From the IMG/VR virus record IMGVR_UViG_3300035510_000237: DNA of 32,534 nt. The stretch is one strand, 5' to 3'. Positions 7,913-19,100 of this stretch are shown piece after piece. Source of the stretch: a virus. The notes under the pieces are model-generated. The model was given only the letters and a program-made list of their open reading frames with translations. It was not told where the DNA came from and made no database searches. The position numbers and the translations under genes were made by a program. Numbering within the stretch: the stretch's first letter is position 1; each line of letters opens with the position of its first letter.

Positions 7913-9075
7913 TTGAATAATTTACTATCAATTTTTATATAGATTAAGGGATAAAGCGAAAATCTATATAAGGAGCGATAAATATGAAAAAAATAGAATT
8001 AACACAAGAACAAATAAGCCAAATATTAAACTTATATAAGAATAATTACTCTCAACAAAAGATTGCTAATATTTTAGAGGTATCTAGGCCTGTTATAAAA
8101 AGAGTTCTTACCGAGAACGAGGTTCTGTTAAGAGAAAGAACTCATAAATATAAAGCAGATTATGATATTTTTGAAAATATAGATACTCCAGAAAAAGCTT
8201 ATTGGTTAGGTTTTATAGCAGCAGATGGTTGTAATTATTAGAGAGAGAATAATTCTTCAATAATCATTTCTATAAACTAGAAAGATATTGACCATTTAGA
8301 GAAATTTAAAAAATTTGTAAATACTAATGCTGAAATAAAACTTTTTGAGCAAGATATGGGGTATTCAAATAAGACCTAGATGTGCAAAATAGTTTTAAAT
8401 AGTAAAAAAATGAGTAATGATTTATATGATAAAGGTATAGTGCCTAATAAAAGTTTAATATTAGATATTCCAAAAATAGATGAAAAATATTATTATCCAT
8501 TTATTCTAGGATATTTTGATGGTGATGGTTCTATAAGTAAAACTAATTGTTATAATAATTATTGTATTAGCTTTCAAGGAACTAAAGAAATTTTAAATTG
8601 GATAAATAATTTATTTGAAATTTCAAAATTGGATAAAAGATAGAAAGAAAGTTCTAAGAATAGTTATTATATTAGGTGTGGTGGAACTAATAAACCATAT
8701 AATATATTAAAATAGCTTTATGATTCTTGTGAAGTTCATTTAGATAGAAAATATAAATTATTTAAAGCTTTGGAAACAGTCGTCCTTAGTAGAAATACTA
8801 AGTGATTATTAGACCGAGAATTGCTGGAAAACCCTTAGAGCTAATTAAACTACAACGTAAATATGAAATAAAATTAAGCGTGAATGTTTGAAAATTAATT
8901 AGATTGGGTAATCAGCAGCCGAGCCTTGAAGAGAGGAAGGTTCAACGACTATCTGGTAGCGCAGAGTAGCAGAAATGCGAAGTACGGTCTACCTAAACTC
9001 TTAATAAAAGAGCAGGGTAAAGATATAGTCTACTCCTTTATGAAAATAAAGGTATTAAGGAAAATTGATTATGGT
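7903..9075 (+). mobile_element. group I intron (approximate bounds) in dnaB, carrying a LAGLIDADG homing endonuclease ORF
   Basis: The core R element GGTTCAACGACTATC (GACTAT at 8947-8952) and the S element AAGATATAGTC (ATAGTC at 9025-9030) match the IA-type consensus. A P9-like hairpin CCTTTA...TAAAGG lies at 9036-9053. A 10-bp hairpin at 7936-7970 sits just before the endonuclease RBS. Confidence 0.6.
7984..8805 (+). CDS. LAGLIDADG homing endonuclease with N-terminal HTH (273 aa, 5 TAG)
   Basis: RBS AAGGAG, ATG at 7984. Two LAGLIDADG motifs, LGFIAADGC and ILGYFDGDGS. TGA stop at 8803-8805. Internal TAGs at 8239, 8278, 8380, 8641 and 8713. Confidence 0.75.
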
Positions 9076-9339
9076 AGTATTTTACTTCTTGTTAAAGATG
9101 AAGATTTGGAAGCTCTTGAACCAGTTTTGTCGGCAAATGTCTTTGACAAACCAACAATTAAAATGTCTGTTTATAAAAATAGACGAGGTAAATATAAGGG
9201 TGTTTATTTATGGTGTAGAGCTGATTTGGGAACCTGTAGAATAAATCCTATGTTTTGTACCACCTGGGATTATGAAGTAATAAATGTAAATAATATTCGT
9301 ATTATTGTCGATGGTGACAATGAACAAAATTGGAATTAA
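9076..9339 (+). CDS. dnaB: DnaB-like helicase, exon 2 (5' boundary approximate)
   Basis: Reads ...SILLLVKDEDLEA...KNRRGKYKGVYLWCRADLGTCR, which aligns to the DnaB C-terminus ...DADIVAFLYRDDYY...KQRNGPVGTV-L-F. TAA stop at 9337-9339. The track ORF beginning at TTG 8926 is intron sequence read in the same frame. Confidence 0.6.
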   Translation, partial: SILLLVKDEDLEALEPVLSANVFDKPTIKMSVYKNRRGKYKGVYLWCRADLGTCRINPMFCTTWDYEVINVNNIRIIVDGDNEQNWN

Positions 9340-9353
9340 GGAGAAACTAATTT

Positions 9354-9545
9354 ATGAATATGCTTGATTTTAAAAGACCTATTGAATATAAGATGCCCAA
9401 TGCTATTGCTGTAGGATATTTGAAGGCTAATAAGGCAATGAAGTCTAAAGACCCAAATCATGCTAAGTCTCAGGAATATCTTTGTAAGATTGTGAATGAG
9501 GAATTTGGAATTAGAGGAAATTGCGTTAAAGTAATTACTTTTTAA
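9354..9545 (+). CDS. hypothetical protein (63 aa)
   Basis: RBS AAGGAG 7 nt upstream of ATG. No TAG. Confidence 0.4.
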   Translation: MNMLDFKRPIEYKMPNAIAVGYLKANKAMKSKDPNHAKSQEYLCKIVNEEFGIRGNCVKVITF

Positions 9546-9546
9546 T

Positions 9547-10647
9547 ATGCTGTCTTTTGATAAAGATGAAATTAAGGAGCAGTTGGATATAGCCGATATA
9601 TTCCAACTGCTTTTTGATTTCGGGGGAAATCCCAAGTATACAGATTTTGGAATTATTTCTCAGACCATCTGCCATAATAAGCCAGGAGAAGGAAGTTATA
9701 AACTTTATTACTATGAAAATAGTCAAGCTTTTTATTGCTATACCGATTGTGGATTTTTGGATATTTACACTCTTGTAATTAAAGTCGCAGGTATTCAATT
9801 CAATAAAAACTATAATTTAAATGATGCCATTAGGTGGGTAGCAAATAGATTTAATATTAGTGGTAGTTATGAAAGTGAAGCTAGTGAACAATTAGAAGAT
9901 TGGGTTTATTTAGAAAATTATAAAAGGATTGAAGAAATAAATCCAACTTCAAATGAGCAGATCACCTTAAAAGAATATAACAATAAAATTTTATCTCGAT
10001 TAAATTATAATGTTAATATTACACCTTGGTTAAATGAAGGAATTACTCAAGAAGTCTTAGACTTGGCTATGATTGGTTTTTACCCTGGAGGCGACCAGAT
10101 AACGATTCCGCATTTTGATAAAGATAATCGTTTTATAGGTTTGCGCGGCCGTACACTATCTCTTGAAGATGCTGAAAAATATGGGAAATATCGACCCGTT
10201 AAAGTAGGAAAACAACAATTCAATCATCCTCTTGGAATGAATCTTTATGGTTATAACTGGAATAAAGACAATATCCGAAAAATGAAAAAAGTTATTGTTT
10301 TTGAATCTGAAAAATCGGTTTTAAAATATGCTTCTTATTTTGGATGGCAAAATAATATTTCAGTTGCGTGTTGTGGCAGTAATATATCTTCTTATCAAAT
10401 GCGACTATTATTCGATTTAGATGTCGAAGAAGTAATTGTTGCTTTTGATAAGCAGTACCAAGAGTTAAACACTGACGAAAGTAAACAATGGAAAAATAAA
10501 CTTTTAAAGATTTATAATAAATATCACCAATATTGCAATATTTCTTTTATGTGGGATAAAGGTCATTTACTTGGTTATAAAGATTCTCCAATTGACGATG
10601 GAAAAGAAATTTTTCTGGAGCTATTTAAAGAAAGGGTTATATTATAA
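9547..10647 (+). CDS. dnaG: DnaG-like DNA primase (zinc-binding plus TOPRIM domains; 366 aa)
   Basis: Zinc-ribbon motif CHNKPGEGSYKLYYYENSQAFYCYTDCG and TOPRIM-like segment VIVFESEKSVLKYASYFG...VACCGSNIS...EVIVAFDKQ. Confidence 0.7.
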   Translation: MLSFDKDEIKEQLDIADIFQLLFDFGGNPKYTDFGIISQTICHNKPGEGSYKLYYYENSQAFYCYTDCGFLDIYTLVIKVAGIQFNKNYNLNDAIRWVANRFNISGSYESEASEQLEDWVYLENYKRIEEINPTSNEQITLKEYNNKILSRLNYNVNITPWLNEGITQEVLDLAMIGFYPGGDQITIPHFDKDNRFIGLRGRTLSLEDAEKYGKYRPVKVGKQQFNHPLGMNLYGYNWNKDNIRKMKKVIVFESEKSVLKYASYFGWQNNISVACCGSNISSYQMRLLFDLDVEEVIVAFDKQYQELNTDESKQWKNKLLKIYNKYHQYCNISFMWDKGHLLGYKDSPIDDGKEIFLELFKERVIL

Positions 10648-10650
10648 ATA

Positions 10651-10956
10651 ATGAAAGGCATAATTTGGTGTACAGAAATTGAATTAGGGAAAAAGCAATT
10701 AAAAGATATTATTTATAATTATGTAGATTACGGGAAAATAGAGCTTAATAGAATTTAGCAAAGTAGAAATAAAACTTTTGCAGAGTTTAAAAATGGAGAT
10801 ATTTGGGAAGTAGCACTGGCCAGCGAGTCAGCAAGAGGTAAACGTTGTAATATTTCATATATTCAAGAAGGTATTCCACAGATTCTCATTGATACAGTTA
10901 TCAGACCTTCTACAATAGCAAGACCCTTTAACGGATTTTATTATTATTATCCCTAA
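10651..10956 (+). CDS. hypothetical protein (101 aa, 1 TAG)
   Basis: ATG at 10651 directly after the primase TAA. One internal TAG (NRI-TAG-QS). TAA stop at 10954-10956. Confidence 0.4.
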
Positions 10957-11052
10957 AAGAAAGAAAAGAGTTGAATAAAAATAGATTATAAATTAATTAA
11001 TCCAATAAATAATGAATTAACAATTACCTAGCAGATTTTTGCAAATAGAGGA

Positions 11053-12681
11053 ATGAAGCCACCAGAAACAGACTTTTATCTCCATTTAGATGATAGTATT
11101 ATTTATCCAGCTGTTTTAATTGATAGAATGACTGATGGCGCAAAAATGCTTATCCAGCATATCGTTAATAATGATAATATTTTTATCCAAGTGGACAGTG
11201 ATGCTGATGGATACACGTCTTCGGCGATTTTAATTAACTATTTAAATAAATTATTTCCGCACTATGTCTCTGAACATTTGACCTTCAGGCTTTAGGATGG
11301 CAAACAGCATGGAATTATTTTGGATACTATTCCTGACGATACTAAACTTGTAATTGCACCAGACTCTAGCAGTAATCAGTTTGATGAACACCAGCAATTA
11401 AAAGATAAAAATATTGATGTTTTAGTTATCGACCATCATGAGGCTGAAAAAATTTCAGAAGCAGCTTGTATTATTAATAATCAACTTTGTGATTATCCTA
11501 GTAAGTCTTTATCTGGCGCAGGAATGGTTTATAAATTCTGTTCATACATTGATTCCATTTTGGAAATTGATTATGCAGAGAATTATCTTGACCTTGCGGC
11601 TTTGGGTATGGTAGCTGATATGATGGATTTGCGTGACTATGAAACAAAAAGATTGATTGATAAAGGTCTCAGTAATGTTAATAACCCTTTTATGCTTGAG
11701 ATGATGAATGTACAAAATTACTCGATTGAGAAGCATGGCGGGTTTGACCCATTTTGTATTAGTTTTTATATCGCACCCCAAGTAAATGCCACAATTCGCA
11801 TGGGCAGCCAAGAAGAGAAATTACTTTTGTTTAAGTCAATGCTAGAGAATTATGCTTATGAAAAGGTTCCTTCCACTAAAAGAGGTTGTAAAGGCCAGAT
11901 GGAAACACTTGTTGAGCAAGCCTGTCGTAATTGTACTAATATCAAAAATAGACAAACTAAAGCCCGTGATGAAGGTTTTGCTATTGTTGAGAGTTTGATT
12001 GAAGAAGAAAATCTTTTAGATAATAAAATTTTATATATACAAATTCCTGAAGAAAAAGCTGTTAATAAGAATTTAACAGGTTTAATTGCAAACCAGCTTA
12101 TGGCAGAATATCAACGCCCTGTTGCTTTGTTAAATAAAGTAAATAGAGACGGTGCAACATTTTGGGAAGGAAGCTGCCGCAATTATGATAAATCTGCCTT
12201 TACGAATTTTAAAGATTTCTTAAACAATAGCAATTTAGTTGATTTTGCAGAAGGACATCAATCTGCTTTTGGTCTTGGGGTCGCAGCTGACCAAATGGAG
12301 AATTTAATTGAATATACAAATACTGCTCTCGCAGATTTCTCTTTTTCACCTCATTATGATGTTGATTTTATTTTTAGCGGTAGCAATTTTAGTCCGGCAG
12401 ATATTCTTGAAGTCGCTGAGTTAAAATATTATTGGGGACAGGGTTTATCTGAACCTTATATTGCGATTGAGCGAATTAATGTCACTAAAGACAATATTCA
12501 ATTACTTTCTCCAGACAAACATCCTACTTTAAAAATTACTCTTGCCAATGGAGTTAGTTTGATGAAATTTAAATCTTCTCAAGAAGAATTTAATAGTTTG
12601 TATAGAGATACCGGTAGTACAGTTATTACAATTATTGGAACGTGCAATGAAAATAATTGGAATGGTAATATTAGTGCTTAG
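11053..12681 (+). CDS. recJ: RecJ-like DHH-family ssDNA exonuclease (542 aa, 1 TAG)
   Basis: DHH motifs DSDADGYTSSAIL and VIDHHE. DHHA1-like segment FAEGHQSAFGLG. The TAG at 11293-11295 fuses the track ORFs 11053-11295 and 11320-12681 in one frame. Confidence 0.7.
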
Positions 12682-12697
12682 ATTTTAATTGAGGAAT

Positions 12698-12991
12698 ATG
12701 AGATTACAGATGTACAACAATATTATTTCTGATATTGATAATGACTTTTTGTAGCCAGAAGAGGAGGAAGTGGATAATCTATATACTTGTGATGAATTGT
12801 CTCAAATTATTATAGATGCTATAAATGCTTGGGAATCTATTAAACCCACTAGTGAGGATTTAATAGATGCTTTAGCGACATTGGGAGATTGCGGTTATCC
12901 CTTATCCATGTAGGACACTACCGAGGCAATAAAGAAAGTTAATTAGGCATTAGATTCTTTATTGCCTTCTCTTGAAACTTCTACTAGCTAA
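12698..12991 (+). CDS. hypothetical acidic protein (97 aa, 3 TAG)
   Basis: RBS GAGGA, ATG at 12698, TAA at 12989-12991. Three in-frame TAGs. Confidence 0.4.
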
Positions 12992-13111
12992 TACGCAGCA
13001 GCTTATCCGCGCGCGCTTGGCCCAGCCTTCCGAAACCACAAATTAAAATGGGTTTTAGAATTTTTCGAGCAAAAAGTTCAAAAAAGCTTTTTTACTATAA
13101 GAAGAAACTAA

Positions 13112-13140
13112 TTGATTTTTATTAAAATATATGGTATAAT
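13112..13140 (+). promoter_or_regulatory. sigma70 promoter (TTGATT-17-TGgTATAAT)
   Basis: TTGATT at 13112-13117 and TATAAT at 13135-13140 with an extended TGG. Confidence 0.5.
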
Positions 13141-13164
13141 AAAAGAAAAAAGGAAATTATAATT

Positions 13165-13389
13165 ATGAATTTTAAAGATACTTATAAGGAACTTGATAGT
13201 CTCATAAAGCGTTGTAGGGGTTATGGATATGATAGTCTTTGCCTAAGATATAAAATTGCGCGAGAAGGCCAGGCTCGTTATGAGGCTCATAATGTTTATT
13301 CAGATTTAGAACAGTCTATGAAGGCGGCAAAACGTGATGAATTAAAATTTTATCAGCTTTTAGATGAACTCATTGGAGAACATGATTAA
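13165..13389 (+). CDS. hypothetical protein (74 aa)
   Basis: RBS AAAGGAAA, ATG at 13165. No TAG. Confidence 0.45.
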   Translation: MNFKDTYKELDSLIKRCRGYGYDSLCLRYKIAREGQARYEAHNVYSDLEQSMKAAKRDELKFYQLLDELIGEHD

Positions 13390-13410
13390 AGGAAGGAGGA
13401 AGTGTAAAAC

Positions 13411-14594
13411 TTGACTCTTACTAATAAGCAAGAAGAGGGTTTGAAAGAAATCGTAGCCAGACACAGACGGGGAGAGAAATATACTGTAGTGTCTGGCTAC
13501 GCCTGACTGGAACAGGTAAAAGTACTCTTGTTAAATTTGCTATTGAAGCTTTGGATGTTGCTAGAGATCGAGTAGCATATGCGACATTTACTGGTAAGGC
13601 CGCAGAGGTTCTACGAAAGAAGGGTAATGAAGGAGCTATTACACTTCATAGATTGCTTTATGAGCATTATCCTAGACCAGGCGGAGGCTTTTTTAGAAAG
13701 AAACGTCGTTTTCTTGACTATGACATCATAATCGTAGATGAGGTATCTATGGTTCCAAAATCCATGATTGATTTGCTTTTAACTTATAAAGTATATATAA
13801 TCTTTCTTGGTGACCCCTTTCAGCTGCCACAAATTGACAAAGATGAAAAGCATGACCTTCTTGAACATCCTCATATCTTTCTTGATGAAGTAATGCGCCA
13901 GGCTGCAGAATCAGAGATTATTCGAGCGACTATGAAGATTAGAAATATGGAGACTTTACCTTTCCAAAAAGGTCAAGAGATGCAAATTCTTTCTATGTCC
14001 GATTTAGTTGATGGATGTTACCTTTGGGCGGACCAAATTATTACAGGCACAAATATTACTCGCCGCAAAATAAATGATTGTGTTCGCAGACTAAAGGGGT
14101 TTAATGGAAATCCGCAAGAAGGAGAAAAAATCATCTGCCTTCAGAATTATTGGGAAACATTATCTGACAATGGTGATGCCTTAGTAAATGGCACAACTGG
14201 TATCCTTCATAATCCTCAAGAGTTTATTCAAGATATTCCTTATTATATTCCTTCTGAAAAACATGAAGTAGAGGTTATATTAGGTAACTTTAAAACTGAA
14301 GATGGCTGTGACTTTTGGGTCGATATGGATAAAGAAATGATTACTACTGGAGAATTTTCTTTGGATTGGCGTGCTACCTATTAGCTAGGTAAACGAAAGG
14401 CACAACTTGGTGATATAGTGCCTAAGAAGTTTGATTATGGTTATGCCATAACAGCTCATAAATCACAAGGTTCTGAATGGTTAAAAGTCTTAGTTGTTGA
14501 AGAAAAATTTCCTTTTGATAAGCTGGAGCATGCACGCTGGCTTTATACAGCGGCTACTCGTGCTAGTGAAAAGTTAGTTATTGTTCGGAATTAA
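13411..14594 (+). CDS. RecD/Dda-like SF1B helicase (AAA_30-type), interrupted by a frame shift inside Walker A (-1/+2) plus 1 TAG; possible pseudogene or sequencing error
   Basis: RBS AGGAGG and TTG at 13411 give MTLTNKQEEGLKEIVARHRRGEKYTVVSGYA, then TGA at 13504. The other frame continues L-TGTGKSTLVKFAI...IIIVDEVSMV. After the TAG at 14382 it reads ...AITAHKSQGSEW...YTAATRASEKLVIV (helicase motifs V and VI). TAA stop at 14592-14594. Confidence 0.6.
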
Positions 14595-14607
14595 AGAGGT
14601 GCTTTAA

Positions 14608-14772
14608 TTGAAAGGATATTTAGAAAAGGAACGAGACTTTGGTACTATTTATGATATGCCAGACCCAAAAGATGATAAAGATGCAGAAGATTGGCTAAAA
14701 ATTCTTAAAAAACTATTAACAGAATCTCCAAATCCAGAAGGAAAAGTTCTTACTTTTGATGAAGTTAAATAA
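14608..14772 (+). CDS. hypothetical small protein (54 aa)
   Basis: TTG start after AAAGAGG. TAA at 14770-14772. Confidence 0.35.
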   Translation: MKGYLEKERDFGTIYDMPDPKDDKDAEDWLKILKKLLTESPNPEGKVLTFDEVK

Positions 14773-14782
14773 GAGGTATAAT

Positions 14783-15454
14783 ATGGATAACATTAAATAT
14801 CAATCTAATTTTGGCACTAAATTTACACCTTATGATGGTGAAGCAATTGACATCAGTGGGTCTGTTTATGTCACAGATAGTAATTATATATCACAATTAG
14901 TTAATAGGTATAATGAAGAAGAGCTATATGAAAAGAGAAGGCAGGCTCTAAAAGCTGGAGATAAGATTGTTGAAGAGATAACTGATAAACTTAAAGAATG
15001 GGAAAAATGCGCGGCTGAGGCCCAAGCTTGCCGCCATGCTATTGAGTTTTTAAAAGTGCCGGTAGCTAAGCATAGCAATAATAAATGGGAAATTTCTGAT
15101 GATTATATTGGCGGAAGCGAATATACTAGAAAACATATTAGGCGAGAAAGCATTAGTAATATGACGTATAAATTAAATATAAATATTGCTTATGATAAAT
15201 CTATAGGTTGGGACGAGACAAAATATTTACGATGGCGTGTTTATGGTGCAGCAATATTGAATACTCCTATAACTTCAAAAAGCTACGTTGTTTGCGATTT
15301 TGACCGAGAGTTTTGGACAAGAGAAGAAGCCTATGATTTTGTTGAAGAAATTAAATATATCTATGCGGATTGGTTCAAAAGTATTTCTCCTCCAGTTGGC
15401 GAATGGTATGAACATTTTAGCATTGATGGAGTTTTGCTTCCTGGCTATCATTAA
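14783..15454 (+). CDS. hypothetical protein (223 aa)
   Basis: RBS AAGAGG 6 nt before ATG 14783. This start is preferred over the upstream ATG at 14756, which lies inside the previous gene. Confidence 0.5.
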   Translation: MDNIKYQSNFGTKFTPYDGEAIDISGSVYVTDSNYISQLVNRYNEEELYEKRRQALKAGDKIVEEITDKLKEWEKCAAEAQACRHAIEFLKVPVAKHSNNKWEISDDYIGGSEYTRKHIRRESISNMTYKLNINIAYDKSIGWDETKYLRWRVYGAAILNTPITSKSYVVCDFDREFWTREEAYDFVEEIKYIYADWFKSISPPVGEWYEHFSIDGVLLPGYH

Positions 15455-15472
15455 AATAAATGAGGTAAATAA

Positions 15473-16069
15473 ATGTAGACAGTTTTAACAATAGATTTTG
15501 ATATTATCATGGCTCCAAGTATTGAAGCTTATAATAATAGAATAGATGCTGGCTGGGAAAATTTGGAAAAAGAGCCTATTTATAGTTCGCTAACAGCTGA
15601 CCTAGACCACTACCAAAGATTAACCAGTTTTATTTTTACTCTAGTAAATCAAATGGACGCAAAGAAAATCCATTTTATAGATACGCATGAATCAATTATT
15701 AAATTTCTTAATAAGGATGAAACTTATTATGTAACTAATATTGACCATCATCATGATGTAGGGTATATAATGCCTCCAAAGCCAGATGAACCTTTGAACT
15801 GTGGCAATTGGGTTAAGTTTGTTCCAAACTTAATTTCCTATACTTGGATTAATAATGATAATTCTCATGCTCCAGAAGAGCCTTATGAAGATAAAAAATA
15901 TAATATTAAACCTTTTAGAGATTTAGATTTGAGCACTTTGGCTGTACCTGATGAATTATTTATTTGTCTTTCTACGCCATGGGTGCCTAAAACTTTTAGA
16001 CCGTTGTTTTTTACCTGGATGGATTTATGTAATGGTATAAAGGGAACTCACTTTGATTTTGAAGATTAA
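15473..16069 (+). CDS. hypothetical protein (198 aa, TAG as codon 2)
   Basis: RBS TGAGGT, ATG at 15473, then TAG. The frame continues into the track ORF 15509-16069. Contains an NIDHHHD motif. Confidence 0.45.
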
Positions 16070-16081
16070 ATATGTTATAAT
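16053..16081 (+). promoter_or_regulatory. sigma70 promoter (TTGATT-17-TGtTATAAT)
   Basis: TTGATT at 16053-16058 and TATAAT at 16076-16081. Confidence 0.45.
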
Positions 16082-16103
16082 ATAAATAAGAAATATAAAG
16101 AGG

Positions 16104-19100
16104 GTGGTTAATATTTCAGAAAGATTTTTTCCCGGTTCGTTACATAATCATACGCAATATTCTAATCTCCGATTAAGAGATTGTATTATTAAAGAAAATG
16201 ATTTAATAGATTATGCAATTAAATTGGGACATGAAGTTGTTGCAATTACAGACCATGAGAGTGTCAGTAATGCAGTTAAAGTACAAAAATATTATAATAA
16301 AATTAAAAAAGAACACCCTGATTTCAAAGTTATATTAGGCAATGAGATTTATTTATGTAGAAATGGCTTAACTAAAGACACTTTTATTAAAGGTGAAGAT
16401 AGTTATTGGCACTTTATTTTGTTGGCTAAAGATGCTATTGGCCATCAGCAAATTAGAGAAATTTCTACAAAAGCTTGGTATCGCTCTTGGATGACTGGTA
16501 AAATGCGGCGAGTGCCTACATATTATCAAGACCTTGAAGATATTATTGGCGCAAACCAAGGTCATGTAATTGGCTCAACTGCTTGTCTTGGTGGTTTTTT
16601 ACCTTCATTAATTAATAAATATAAAGCGGCTGAGAATGAGGAAGAAAAAGATTTAATTCTAAACCGTATCCATGTTTTTTGTGACTATATGGAGAATAAA
16701 ATCTTTGGAAAAGGAAATTTCTTTTTTGAATTGCAACCCTCTGATTCAGAAGAACAAACTTATGTAAATAGTTTTTTAATTACTCTTTCTAAAGAATTAA
16801 ATATTCCATATATCATCACAACTGATAGCCATTATTTAGCTAAAGAAGATAGACCAATCCATAAAGCTTATTTAAATGCGCAAAACGGTGATAGAGAGGT
16901 TGATGCATTTTATGCAACAACTTATATGATGGATACAGAGGAATTAGAAAGCTATTTAGATTTAACTGAAAATGATTTGGAAGTAGCCTATCAAAATATC
17001 AAAAAAATAAAAGATATGTGTTCTGATTATGACTTACAAAAGTCTCTAAAAATTCCTCAATTAATGTGGAAAAAACCTGAATCTTTAATTCATCCAAAAG
17101 CATATTATAATAAAATCCCTTATCTTCAAACTTTTGTTGATTCAGACTATTATGGAGATAATGTCTTAGCGCAGCATATTGTAGATAGGTTGTTTTGGGA
17201 TGAAACTCTTCAAAATCAAGCTTCTTATGACGCAATAGAAGAATGCTTAAAAATGACTTGGGAATCTTCTGTCGTGAATAAAACGCATTGGAGTGCTTAT
17301 TATTTAAACCTTCAAAAGATAATTGATGTTTGTTGGGAAGCTGGAAGTATCGTTGGGCCTGGCCGAGGAAGTGGTGTAGGCTTTATTTTGCTGTATGTAT
17401 TAGGAATTACACAAATAAATCCCTTGCGCGAGACTACTAAAACATTCGCTTGGCGTTTTCTTAATCCAAGTCGTGTATCTGTTCTTGATGTAGACTTTGA
17501 CATTGAGGGCGGCAGACGCCCGCAAGTATTGGCAAAATTTAGAGAAGTATATGGTGAAGATCGAGTAGCTAATGTTATTACTTTTGGAACCGAAAAATCC
17601 AAACAAGCAATCTTAACAGCAGCCCGTGGCCTTGAAATGGATAATAATGATGCGCAATATATTTCATCTTTGATTCCAGCAGACAGAGGTATTACTAGAA
17701 CTTTACATCAATGTTATTATGGTGATAAAGAAAATGATTATGCACCAATAGCATTGTTTGTTAAAGAGATGAATAATAATCCTGAACTTTGGGAAATCGC
17801 TCAGAAAATTGAAGGATTAGTTTGCCGCATGGGTATTCATGCAGGTGGTGTTATTTTTGTTGACGAGCCTTTCACTAATTCAACTGGATTAATGCGCGCG
17901 CCTGATGGAACAATTATCACAGCATTTGACCTTCATGATTGCGAAGCAGTAAGCTTAATTAAATATGATGCTCTTTCTGTTGAAGCAGAAGATAAAATTC
18001 ATATTTGCTTAGATTTGCTGTGTGACGCAGGACATATCCAAAGACAAAATACTCTAAAAGAAACTTATGAATCAGCTTTAGGCGTTTATAATCTCGAAAG
18101 AGATGACCCTAAAATGTGGGAAATGGTATGGAACCATAAAATTCTATCTTTGTTCCAGATGGAAAAACAAAGTGGAATCCAAGGTATTGCCCTTACAAAA
18201 CCTAAAAGCGTTGAGGATTTAGCGCACTTAAACTCTGTTATTCGTCTTATGGCGCAAGAAAAAGGCGGAGAGCAGCCACTTCAAAAGTTTGCTAGATTTA
18301 AACATAATATTAATCTTTGGTATCAAGAAATGGATAAGTATGGTTTAACGAAAGAAGAACAAGAATTGTTGAAGCCATATTTATTAGGTTCTTATGGCAT
18401 TTGCGAGTCGCAGGAAGGCTTTATGCAGTTAGTACAAATTCCTGAGTGCGGTGGATTTGACCTTAACTGGGCAGACCGTCTACGTAAAAGTATTGCAAAG
18501 AAAAATCCAAAAGAGTTTGACCAATTAGCAAAAGAATATTTTGCTAGAGTTGAAGAACAGCAATTAAGCAAACCTTTATGTAGTTATGTATGGAACGTCT
18601 TAGTGTCTACAAGTAAAGGTTATGGCTTTAACCTAAGTCATACATTAGCCTATTCTCTTGTTGCTTTACAAGAAATGAATTTGGCTTTTAGGTATCCTAT
18701 TATATATTGGAATTGCGCTTGTCTAATTACAGATAGTGGCAGTATTGAATATGATGATATAGATATTGAAGATAAAGAAGATCAGAGTACTAACTATGAT
18801 AAAATTGCGCAGGCTATTGGTAAGATGCGCGACGCAGGCGTCGAGATTAGTTTAGTTAATATTAACGAGTCTGGCTATACCTTTATTCCGGATGAAAAGA
18901 ATAATAAGATTTGGTTTGGTTTAAAAGGATTAGTTAATGTTGGCGATGAAGTGGTTGAACAAATTATCCAAAACCGTCCATATTTATCGGTTAAAGATTT
19001 TTATTATAGAGTAAAGCCTAAGAAAAATGTTATGATAGCATTAATTAAAGGTGGCGCTTTTGATAGCTTAATGGATAGAACAGAATGTATGATTTGGTAT

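Noticed and set aside
2690-8953. tRNA or suppressor-tRNA candidates (T-loop-like GGTTCAACGACTA and GGAATCCCGTGGG)
   Set aside because: Both are group I intron core or hairpin elements. No cloverleaf could be built around them.
8926-9075. TTG at 8926 as an independent start of a DnaB C-terminal fragment
   Set aside because: This segment contains the group I R/S core elements and no RBS. It is intron sequence read in the exon 2 frame.
6662-9339. Intein in DnaB
   Set aside because: Exon 1 ends with an in-frame TAA. The endonuclease has its own RBS and frame. Ribozyme core elements are present. Together these point to an intron, not an intein.
12992-13035. Second DGR variable repeat
   Set aside because: Only 8 nt (CTTGGCCC) match the VR/TR end. 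There is no AAY-rich alignment to the TR.
14756-14782. ATG 14756 as start of the 14783 gene
   Set aside because: It lies inside the preceding gene. AAGAGG is ideally spaced for ATG 14783.
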